This document shows, in pieces, positions 1 to 12,685 of a stretch of DNA of 64,000 bases (within the stretch, counting starts at the first letter, position 1; every line of letters begins with the position of its first letter). Where the stretch lies: the NCBI RefSeq assembly GCF_001194135.2, contig NC_068982.1, positions 65,381,900-65,445,899 on the forward strand, written 5' to 3'. The notes under the pieces were generated by a model. It ran no database searches. It was not told the DNA's origin and worked only from the letters and a program-made list of their open reading frames with translations. Origin of the DNA: Octopus bimaculoides. Lineage: Eukaryota. The translations under genes and the position numbers were made by a program.

Positions 1-3000
1 CGGTCAAGAGAACAATATTGTTCATGATGTATCTGAACCATGAATTCTTGAAACAATCATAATGATGGAATAAATGTAATAAATCTAAGCCTTCCATTCT
101 TGTACTTACTGTATTTATGTTCTTTGACTAATGAATCATCCATGGAATTTCAGTTTGTATGAATGGTTTCCTTTGAAACCATTCATTTCTATACACTTTG
201 TTAGCCAATATTCACAGGAGTGATGAATGAGGATACAGCTTGAATGTGTAAGTCCCCTGTTATTATATATATAAGGGATAAAATGTATGGGACATCACTT
301 TTCGATTAATGGCCACTTAAGTTCATATCTGTGTTAGTGTTTTCGAATTTCAATTTCTATGTAATGTGCCTGGATTACAGAAGGATTGAGCCTGTGTATG
401 CTGATGCATATCTGTGTGCATGATTGTGGCATGTATTAAATAAATTAATGGTGCTCAGACTTCAAATTTATGTACTTTTTCTTCAATTGTCTTTTTCTTT
501 TTAACATGGTTTCTTTCATGCTATCATGGATTGAATGGTTCTGTAAATTTAAACTTTTCTATTTGGAACAGATTATCTTATGGTTAAAATGTCCTTCCTA
601 ATGTTACCCAGTTTGAGTGATGCCTAATTTATCATCTTGGTTTCGACTAAGTACAGTATACTTTTCTGAAAGGCAACAAAAATGCTGATGACCAGGTTTG
701 AACTCATGACCTGTGTGTCTGCAGACCAGCATTTTAACCATCCACTCACCACACAATGTATAAAACTTTATGTGCATTTCATTTTTAGTGTAATACATGT
801 ATACCTGGTCTCAGGTGAATCTTACTTTTCGTTATGCTCCCTAAATGGAGGTGACAACTTAAAAACCAACATCTCATGACCGGTGCAATGACTAGTGGTC
901 AGAACATGGCTCAAGAGCATCTGAAAATGAGTATTAAAGCCTTTGGCTTATTTTCATATTAAGAAGGAATTTCAAACTTAAAATACTTGATGTGTTCTGA
1001 GTATTAATATTCATGTTATATTACTATGTTGTTGTTCTGTTCAGTTCAGTCCAGTCCATATGTTTATTGGAGGGTGGTAATTAGGAGGTTTTTTGTTTTC
1101 GTGTTAAGTATTTGGGTCCAAATGACACCTCCCACGACCACCACTTACCAGTATGGTGTTTAAAAAAAAATACAACAAAACACTATAAAGTAACATTAAT
1201 ATTTTCTACAATAGAATTCAATGCAGCAGAATGTTATGCTTGTCCAACTTTACTAAGGACAGCACATTTTACAATGATTGGAATGAGGTTTTAGTTTTTA
1301 CATTGTATTTTTTGATTTTTTTTTTTTTTAAATCTATTATGGTAAAAAAAAAATTGAAAAAAAATTCAGTGTCCCCCAGAAATGTATTAAAATTTCTTAA
1401 ATATTCAATACAGGTAGTCTTCCTAACTAGGCAGGTAGTTTTGTTATCTATGAATTAATCTGTGCAGGTAGTAGTTCTATTAGATAGGTTAAATGGTGTT
1501 ATTATTACTATCTATATTGTTGGTTTGTAAATAAAGGAGGATAACACTTATTCTGTTACAAACACCTTTATCATCATCATCCTCTTATCTCGATGAGGGA
1601 ACCTCTATGCAAGCAATTCAGACCTGCAAGAAATAAGAGCCTAATCTCTCTCAGACTATACCCTGCCATTTTAAATAAAGAATGACAGGTAGGACAATGA
1701 TATATATATATATAACATAAATGGAATGCTTTTGATCATAGTTCTACTTAGTTTTCATTAGTTTGGCTAGCAAGGTAAAAAAATGAGGTTAATACCGAAT
1801 ATATTCTATGCAACTTCGTGTATTTTTTCTTCTTTTTTTTTTATATAGTTTAATAACCAGATTCTATCTTATCTTTCAATAATCAATATATAATTTATTC
1901 TTTTATCGCTGTAAAGGAATCAGATAATTCATAAGATATGACCAATAAGACAGCTTCAGTCTGTTAGAAATAGCAGCCAAATCTCCCTCAACTTGCGACT
2001 TACTGGCTCAAAATATCAACAGAGAAGGACATATTGGATAACGTTGCTCTAGGTAGACATTACGATTAATCCAGGATAGTTATGTTGGAATGCCTATGAT
2101 CAGAGGCCTGTTCAAACAAGATACAGCCTAGAGCTCAACAACAAAAGCTTTTGTTTGATGCTTGCTTTATTTGTATAAGGGGTTCTGTGATGATGTTCTG
2201 AAACTAGTTTGTCAACAGAGTAAGGCTTAGATATTCTAGAATTTTCTAATTTATTTACTTATTTTATTTGTTCATCTCCTTTTTCTCTCTGAGATGAGTT
2301 TCAAGTATCGTCATTTTTGTCAAAAACAATTAAATCAATTACAATTATAACTATTAATTTAATCTTACAAATTAAGTGCATGGAAATCAAAAAAAAAAAA
2401 AATGTCATGTGAAATACTTTGGCTGCCGAAATATTCTTTATTTGGAGAAGGAAAACATTAGATGGAAGATTCAAGTTTTAAGAGTCTTACTCCAATAGAA
2501 ACTTAACTTTTTCTAGTTATTCCACTCCAGATAAGCATTTAGTAGGTCCACATCATTGCTCTTTGTTTTAAGATAAAGAGAAATTTTTCTTTTCTGTTTT
2601 TATAAACTTTATCCCCTTTCCCTTAATTTCCTAGTTCTATAGTTCTTACACATTTTCAATTCAAGTTAAATCTCCCATTGGGAATCAGATTGTTGAATAT
2701 ATTAGTGGTGAAATAAGTCATAACTGCTATGTGATCAATGTAAATTTTGGTAGAGACCCTTCACAGAAGTAAACTAGCAAGTGAAGTTCAATTGTAATAA
2801 TACATACATTATATATATTGATATATATATAATACACACACACACACACATATATATATATAGCATGCTAATGTGCCTACAATCCAGTGACTGAAGCTAA
2901 TAAAAGAAATTAATTATACACATAATGGAAATTTTCATTTTCAAGTCTTTTTTTTTTCTCTCTTAATTTCTGTTTTTACATTTTATTTTTCAGTTTTTCA

Positions 3001-6000
3001 ATACAATTCATTGTATTGAAGTTTGAAATTGATAAAATTGATGTAATTCTATAAATTAAATTCAAAGGAAGCACAAAAGCTGGAATTAAAACTTTAACTT
3101 CCTGTATTTAAAAAAAAGGGGGGGGGATCCAATTTCAATCTTTCTTTATACTACATTTTTATTCAAGTTTAATGTTTTTTTAACTTTTCATCTCCAATTT
3201 CAGTTTATAAATGAAAAGTTCCCAAAATACACACAAAATGAATTAAGTGGGCTTTAGTTGAAATTATATATATATATATACACACATATTTATAGGTTAA
3301 AGATTAACTTTTAACTCCCCTGTTTTGCACCCAATCGTTTTAGAGTATCTTTGTGTGATACATACAGGACTTCATATAATAGTTATTAAGTTTTTGTTAT
3401 CTAGTCCTACCTTCTCATATTTGTGGTCTAGTGTATATCATCTGGTTATATATATATAGTGCACACCACCTCAATCCCAGCCAACCCTTTAGAATAAGTG
3501 AATAATTATAGTTATTTCCCCAACCCTCTTCCATTGTTAGAGCTGTGTAATATGGGTGTTATGTCATATATATCATGCATGTAACAAATAGATATCCCAC
3601 AGTAAAGGAGAACGGATCTTAGCACAGATCTTCAAGTTGAAAATGACTTTCTAAAAGAAAGAATTTTTTTCTTTCACAAAAAGGAAAGAGGTTGACTATG
3701 AGAACGAAATGGGATGATATATGCATTAAAGTAAAAAAACAAAAAAAGAGACATCATCTCCCTTCTCTAATTCTAAAACAGAATTGGTTCTAATGAGCCG
3801 ACATAGTTACACCACTAATGCAAACAAAGATATTGGAAATGTCTGACTTTAATACATTGCTTACCCCGAAATACATTGGCTACAGATTGGCAGCAGTGTA
3901 TGACAAAATTGTTAATTTTACTTACTAAATTTACTAACAAGCGTCATTTTGCAGATTTTCTTTAGAAATTTTTTTTTCCTATTTATAGCTTGTGTGCTTC
4001 ATTTTTGTTTTGCTTTGTTTTTCCTTTTTTCAAAGAGGAGGGGATGGAAAGCATTATAGCATGAAAATAAGTTATCTGTTTTTTATATATAAATATATAT
4101 ATAATCATCCCAACAAAACATCCCCATCTTCCTGTCCCAATCTTTAGTATTTATAAGAGTAGTTACCTATATACGCAATATAATCGCTATTGAACTTCAA
4201 AATTATTTCAAAACAATTCTTTTGTTTAACATGGTTTTAAGAAAAAAAACCAAAACTACCAGGAAGTAACAGCAGCAATAATTTCCTATAAAATCTCGCC
4301 TAGTCAGTATATTTGGAAATAAACATATAATTCAGCATTACAACCATTAAAATTTCAGTTCATTCTTATTTCCTCAAAATAAAACTGCTAAAATTTTTTT
4401 TTATAAATCCAATGTTTTTATGGATTTTTTTTTTGATTTTTTAAATCTCCCTTCATTCCTTGTCAGAAGTGGGAGTTTAATGTTTCATTTGTCAAAGAAA
4501 TTGTCACAGCCTCTCATTCTATCATCAAATCTCAACTTACAGATGATTTAACAGGTAGAAAGGTAAAAGTCTATTTTATACCAACAAAGATCTGAACTTC
4601 TTTATACTTTTTTCTACTGATTCTTCTCACACTTTTGTTAGTTTTTTTTTTAATTTTCTTTTTGTCTTGAATTCTTTGGAGAGAAATAAAACAAAAACAA
4701 GAGTCTTGTTAGTTTCATGTCATTATTATTATTATTATTATTATATTGATGTTTAAGGTGGTAATCTGGCAGAATTGTTAGCACAGAGCCCCACAGAGGT
4801 CAACTTTGCATTTCATCCTTTAGGAATCAAAATGAAGTACCAGTCAAATATTTGGTTCAATGTAACCAACTAGTCTCCTCCCATATTTCAAGCACAAGGC
4901 CTGAAATATGGGAGGAGAAATTGTGCCATATTTCTTTCAGGTATATTAGAAATAATTATTATTGTGCTTAAGGTAGCAAACTGACAGAATCATTAGCAGG
5001 GTTGATGAAATAGTAGTTGAACATTGAGATCAATGTAATCAACTAATCCCTTCCCCTCAAAACCTGAAACCTTTATTCAGAAGTTTAAACAGATTTGTAT
5101 ATAACTGATTGGGATACAATTAGGTTGTTATTGTACATGCAGTAGGATGGAACCTGAAATGTGCTTGCAAAGCAAATTTCTTAACCACACAACCATTGAT
5201 AGCAATCATATATATGTTTATGTGTGTCTGTCATTGTCATTTAACATCCATTTTCTCATGCTTGCATGAATTGGATGAAATTTGTTGAGGCAGATTTTCT
5301 GTGGCTGGTTGCTGCCTCTGTTATCAACGCTCACCTGGTTTCAATCAAGGTAATATCTCTCATGGCCTGACATGTTTTACACATAAAATAGAAAACAAAC
5401 ATCACTTGTATAACAGTTATGCTTATTTACAACCATCATGTGATGTCAGGACAAGGGTACACACACACACACACTTATATGGCAAGCTTCTTTCAGTTTC
5501 CATCAACCAAATTACTCACAAGGTTTTAGTCAGCCTGGAGCTATAGTAGAAAACACTTGCCCAGGGTGTTATGCAGTGAGTTTGATCTCAGAAGCACATG
5601 GCTGGAAAGCAAGCTTCTTGACCACACAGCCATACCTGTGCCTATTGTGCAAGTGTGTGTATCATCATCGTTTTAATATCCACTATTCCATACTTGCATG
5701 GATCAGATGGAGTTTATTGAGGCAGATTTTCTATAGCCAAATGTCCTTCCTGTCACCAACTCTCACCTGTTTCCAAGTAAAGTAATATTTCCCCATGATC
5801 AGACATATTAATGGAAGGTTGAAAATGAATGACACTGCTTGTATGTCAGTGACACAACTATCACATGATGTTAGGCAAGGAGCCAGTAACACACACACAA
5901 AACAAAGGGCTTCTTTTGGTTTCTCTGTACCAAATCCTCTCACAAGGCTTTGGTCAGCATGGGGCTAAAGTAAAAGACACTTGCCATGCAGTGGGACTAA

Positions 6001-6325
6001 ATTCAGAACCATGCAAACTTCTTACCACATAGCAATGCCTGTGACTAGGAACATATTCGGTATACTTTCCTGAAAGAACAACTACTTGACAAAATTACCC
6101 CCTATGATGTTTTCATAAAAGCTAACTCTGAATTGGAGTGGTAGAAAAAAAGAACAAGTTCACAACAATGAAAGAACAATAACATTATTGAGGAAAAATA
6201 CAGGGAATTTACATTGCATTTAGTCCAATGTTGACAATGACATTTGAAGATCCATACAATATGGAAACAAATCCCAGCCACAGATTCGCAATAATGAAGC
6301 ACTGTTTGGTATAAGCTGATTGCCA

Positions 6326-6417
6326 TCAATCTTCACTGTCTGATACCCCATCAACCTCATCTTCTTCAGGTATGGGGTAGCGCAAGAGGGCAGCTACACC
6401 AGTGAGTTGACCAAGCT
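6326..6417 (-). CDS. PELO: pelota last coding exon 12 ([30 protein letters not shown])
   Basis: 92 nt including TGA; ttgtag acceptor; acidic C-terminal tail as in orthologues. Confidence 0.96.
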
Positions 6418-7343
6418 CTACAAGCAAAAATAGAACTGCATTATTACAAAAATACATGTGCATATGTGTATATATAAATGTAAGTTTGTGTGTATACATG
6501 TGTGTGGGTGTACACATACACACATATGAAAATGTAAGTTTGTATGTGCCTTCATTTGTTTTACTTTTGTTTTGTTTTTCTATGATATTTAGGCATCGTT
6601 GTACAGCTGGATGTTCTGGTCACTAACTCTTGTTTTTTATGTAAGGAATCCCTTGTTCCAAGCTTCAGAGGCATGAAATGAAAGGATATTTTATAGACAG
6701 GGAAATACCAATAAAGACATTACACAAACATTGATTTTTTTTTTGAAAGAATCCAACAACGCCGAGATTTGCATTGAGCTCCAATGTCTACTTTAGCAAA
6801 GTTTCCATGACTGCATACCTTTCCTAATGCCAACCACTTCACAGGATGTATTGGTTGCCTTTCTTTCATGATACTGACAGTAGTGAGGGGTCACCAAGTA
6901 ACTCACGGGACAAGATCCCCCTCAAATGAGTGAAGCTGCAGTATTCAGGGCATCGTTTTTATGTCCACTTTTCTACGCTTGAATGTGCCAGATGGAGATT
7001 ATCAAGGCAGGTTTTCTACACCCAGATGCCCTTCCTGTCCAAGTAAGGTAATATTTCCTCATGACCAGACATACTTTCACAGAAGATTGAAAATAAAAGA
7101 CACTGCTTGTATGATGGTGACACTCCTTTATAGCTATTATGTCATGTCAAGACATGGAAACACAAACATAGACACACACATGCATATATGAATTTTTTTC
7201 AGTTTCCATCTTCCAAATCTACTTATTAGATTTTGGTCAGCCCAGGGTCTTGTGCAATAGGATGGAACCCAAAACGTGGTTGGAAAGCAAACTTTATAAC
7301 CATACACACATGCACAGACACACACACCACCACCACCACCACC

Positions 7344-7377
<34 letters not shown>

Positions 7378-10300
7378 TCGTTTAACGTCCGCTTTCCATG
7401 CTAGCATGGGTTGGACGATTTGACTGAGGACTGGTGAAACCGGATGGCAACACCAGGCTCCAGTCTGATTTGGCAGAGTTTCTACAGCTGGATGCCCTTC
7501 CTAACGCCAACCACTCAGAGTTCCATGCTACTATGGGTTTGATGGTTTAACAGGATCTGAGGACTGCATGGTTTCACTGTGTTATGGTTTGAATATCTGA
7601 ATCAGTTCTATTAAATGCATTTCTCTCATTTGCAAATCCAAATGCTTGTATATATACACACAAATACCTACAGAGACACAGACCACTCTACCAAATCTAT
7701 TGAGAACTCTTTCTGTTTTGTATGTACTTTTTTATTATTAGTTTTATATGAAGGAAAGATCATGCTCAAGGCCTTTACAAATCTTTCAATATCCATGAGA
7801 CAGTCATGGTTATAGTCCCAGGTGAGCAGTTGCAGGAAAAACATGTAAAGGGTGAAAATCTAGAAGGCGTACTTCCTAAGAAAGTACAACTGGACAAATG
7901 TGTGGTAATGGTGGTAGTAGGAATACATGGGTGACAAGTGAAAAAATGAGTTCAGAGTGCTTCAGTAGAGGCAGTACAAGAGCAGGCAGTTCTGAGAAGT
8001 GAGGCCACTGAAGTAGATAAGGAAAAGACAAGAAGATACAGTATATCTAGGGGCCAGAGGTTTGAGAATATATAGTATTTGGCAGCAACTTCAAACCAAT
8101 CAGTGAAATGGCCTTGGAATGCAGTCATAGATGTCTGTTTCTTGTTGCAACAACACTATTCCAAATGTGGGGAGACATCCCATGGTGGGTGGGTATGAAC
8201 CAACTTTTGTAAAGAGTTGTTGTTGGGAGCTGAAGCATTTTCTAGCTCTAAAGAAGGAGGTCAATCTTTGTGATGCAATCTTTGGCTCTACCAAGGATGT
8301 GTTTCTGCTGGAAGACTTCCTCACCATCATCTCATTTAACATCCATTTTACCGTGCTGGCATGGGTCGGACGGTTTGATAGGAGTTGGCCAGTCAGAAAG
8401 CTGTCCAGGCTCCATTTGTCTATTTCTATGGCTGGATGCCCTTCCTAATGCCAACCACTTTACAGAGTGTGCTGCATACTTTTTACATGTTATCGGCATG
8501 GGTACAGTTATGTGGCACTGGCACAAGTGCATTTGACATGGCATTGGCATGAGTGCATTTTATGTGATGATAAAGTCCAGTATTGGTGGCAATCACAAAA
8601 GCTGTAGATATGCGCAGTCCTTGTTGGGATCAGTGGTGGAATCAATGTTATTTTCTTCGTATGTGCAGTAATTGTGTCTTTGCAAGTGTTGAAAGTGACA
8701 AGACTGGCATAATCCCATTGAAGGATGGCGTTGCGGTCTCTGTGATCATGGAGTTGGGGTAGATTAGGTGTAAGGGTGTCTAGGTTGCATGTGGATGACA
8801 CTAAGCTGGAGATGGAGGGGAATGAAGGGATTATCAGCATAAAAATGCGTCTTTTGAAGTGACAGCAAATAGGTCACTGTTACGTATGAAAGAGGAAGTA
8901 TGTAGGAACATAACTGAGCTCTAGGAGACACCAGAATTGTTAGGGTATGGATCAGAGGGAGCTTCATACGTAATCACAATAATGGTGCAATCTAAACAAG
9001 AAGCCACTAATCCAAAAGCAAGACAGGGATCGCACAGTTGAGAAAATTTGCCAGGTTTGTGTACCAGACCGTCAAAAACTGTTGATATCAAGGGTAAAAG
9101 TGTGGAGAGGGGGAGTGGAGAGAGAATATAAAACCTTTAAGCAACACTTACGTTCTCCTGAGACGTGCAGACTAGAAAAGATCTTAACGTCTGCTCCGTT
9201 TTCTTTTACTTTATCCACCAAAGCAACATAGCGCTGTCGCTTTTGAATATCCCTGGATCTAAAGGAAGGAAGGGAGACAATCTTAATACAACTTAAATAA
9301 AATTTTATTTCCTATATTTTGACTGTAACAGTTATAGGAATGAACGTTTTTAAGTTAGGATATTTTGCTCCTGGTAAAGATTTTAAGCCAAAAATGAAGC
9401 TTAAAGAATACAGGTCAATTACAAAGAACAATGTAAACCACAAGTAAAGATGAGTTTTATGAACTTCTTTTGCAGCTTCTAGTACACATTTCACATTTGT
9501 TCCAAAATGTACCCTACTTATAATATCAAAATTCCTCTCTTCACACCACACACACACACATATCTTATTTTACTTATTTCATATATTGTTTGATCATTAT
9601 TTTTTGGGGGAGTAAGTATATAATGTGTAGTTTCTTGAACATAAGGTGCTTTTTCGTAAAATCACATTTTGGTCTCAGTTAATTATTATACAGTATTCCT
9701 ACTGTTTCTGACAACAAATTGCCAGTTATTAGAGCATGAGATAAAATGTCCCACAGTAATGTTCTGACTCTCTTACATTCTGAGTTTAAATCCTGCCAAA
9801 GTAAACTTTGCTTTTCATCATTTGATGTCCTTGTTCCAATACTGGCACAGGATGGATGGTTTGATAGAATCCAACAACGCCGAGATTTGCATTGAGCTCC
9901 AATGTCTACTTTAGCAAAGTTTCCATGACTGCATACCTTTCCTAATGCCAACCACTTCACAGGATGTATTGGTTGCCTTTCTTTCATGATACTGACAGTA
10001 GTGAGGGGTCACCAAGTAACTCACGAGACAAGATCCCCCTCAAATGAGTGAAGCTGCAGTATTCAGGGCAGTGGCTTTGTGCCAGATGTTGTGAAGCAAG
10101 AGTATGACAGCTGGAGAGGAGCAGGTGTCTTGCTATAGAGAAGATATATGGCTATCCCATGTCAGTGGAGGCGCAATGGCCCAGTGGTTAGGGCAGCGGA
10201 CTCACGGTCATAGGATCACGGTTTCGATTCCCAGACCGGGCGTTGTGAGTGTTTATTGAGCGAAAACACCTAAAGCTCCACGAGGTTCCGGCAAGGGATG

Positions 10301-12637
10301 GTGGCGAACCCTGCTGTACTCTTTCACCACAACTTTCTCTCACTCTTACTTCCTGTTTCTGTTGTGCCTGTAATTCAAAGGGTCAGCCTTGTCACACTGA
10401 ATCTCCCCGAGAACTACGTTAAGGGTACATGTGTTCTGTGGAGTGCTCAGCCACTTGCACGTTAATTTCACGAGCAGGCTGTTCCGTTGATCGGATCAAC
10501 TGGAACCCTCGACGTCGTAATTGACGGAGTGCCAACAACAATCCCATGTCAATAAAAAATCATCCATCGAGTGTGGTGGATTGGCTGTTTGAGTGTTGGG
10601 AAAGATGTCCCATAGTGTCTATTCCAGCTCTTTGAGTTCTGAATACAACCACTGCAATGACACTGGTCAAAATCAACATTATCATTTCTAATGTCTGTTT
10701 ATCTCTACTGATATATCTATATATTGGTCAGTCAAGAGCTATAGCAGAAGACACTCATCCTGACATGAAGTAAGACTGAACCCAAAATCATGGTTGCAAA
10801 GTGAACTTCTTAAACACACAGTTTCTTTTAGTTGCTTCAGTGATTGGACTGTGGCCATGCTGGAGCACTGCTTTGAAACATTTAAACTGAGCAAATCAAG
10901 CCCAGTACTTATTTACTTTTTTTTTTTGAAGTCTGATACTTGCTCTATAGGTCTCTTTAGCTGAAATGCTAAGTTATTGAGACATGCAAGCTTCTTAATC
11001 ACACAGTCGTTCCTGCACCTATACTTAAATGCATTATTTGTGAGAAGACATGTTAGATTACAACTTGTATCAGTTTCACACATTCTGGGGTCATAACTAA
11101 CTGAATCCCAAGAAGTTTACATTGGACTTGACATTGCAAACAAAAAAAAAACACCCACCATCATCATTTAAGGTCAATTTTCCATGTAGGCACAAGTTCA
11201 ACAGGAACTGGTGACCCACAGGACTGCACCAAACTCCAATGTGTAATTTCCTACTACTGGATGCCTTTCATAACATCTACTACTTCACAGCATATACTGG
11301 ATACTTATGTGGCACCAGCATTATTGAGGTAACTTGCAAAACAATACCTCTCACCTGAGGAGGGAGCAGTATTCAGGGAGGTTACTTTATGCCAGGTAAC
11401 AAGAGGCTAAAGCATGGTTAATGGAGAGAAACAGGTGCTTTCCAGATATGAATAGCACAGTTTTGTAACTAAAAAGACAAAAATAAAATTAGGTTAATAG
11501 CCAACAAAATAGAAAACGATCTTACCTGAACAACTCGTCTGAAACCATCAAAGTTTCTATGGCTAAGAGATCTGATGCCTTTTCAACAGGCTTTATACTG
11601 AAACAAGAAATATATAAAAATAATGTTGCTGTATGTGATAGAGTTATTACACCTACATGTCAAACAGTAGAAATAATAAGTCATGAAATGCTACCAGGAA
11701 GACAGATGACATTGAGGAAATAACTACAGAAACATGACTATTACATTGATGATGTACAGAGGAGATGGATAAAAGATAGAAATATCTATATCGTATACAC
11801 TTAATGCCAAGTTAGTATAAGAAATATAGTTAAGTAATACAGAGTATCAAAAAAAAAAAAAAAAAACTAATTATAAACATTAATGTAAAGGTTTCAGTAT
11901 GGTCATGTGGTTAAAAAGCTCGCTTTGCAACTACGTCATTTCAGGTTCAATCCATCTGTATGGCACCTTGAGCAAGTGTCTTCTACTATATGACCAAACA
12001 GACTCCAAAGAGGCTGTGGTTAGTCTGCATCAACAGAACTTATATTAATTAGTAAAATTGATAAAAGTGTTTACTGTACTCTTTTTATCAATTTTATTAA
12101 TTAATATTTCTTGCCAAACACAGGTCAACACCAACCTCTTTGATCATACATTCTAGCCCTGGGCCAATCAATGCCTTGTGAGCAAATTTGACTGGTGGAA
12201 ACTGTGGCAGTTTGGCACATTCATACACACTATATATATATATATATATATATTATCTTTTACTTGTTTCAGTCATTAGATTGCAGCCAGGATGGGGCAC
12301 CACCTTGAAGAATTATTAGTCAAATGAATCAACCCCTAATACTCTTTTTAAGCTTGGTACTTATTTCATCAGTCTTTTATGTCAATAATGCTAAGTTGTG
12401 GGGACATAAACACACCAACATTGGTTGTCAAGCAATAGTGGAGGAGGACAAACACAGACACACAAATATATATATATATATATATGACAGGCTTCTTTCA
12501 GTTTCCATCTACCAAATCCACTCACAAGGCTTTGGTTGGCCTGAGGCTATAGTAGAAGACATTTGCCCAAGGTGCCATACAGTGGGATTGAATCCAGAAC
12601 CATATGGTTGGGAAACAAGCTTCTTACTACCCAGCCA

Positions 12638-12685
<48 letters not shown>

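Noticed and set aside
5301-5943. Many 60-110 aa ORFs with [15 protein letters not shown] or MMMM runs throughout the window
   Set aside because: Translations of microsatellites and SINE bodies, not genes.
7830-9100. GC-richer segments in pelota intron 11 as an extra gene
   Set aside because: All frames are interrupted and no protein motif was recognisable; probably old LINE debris, which I could not classify.
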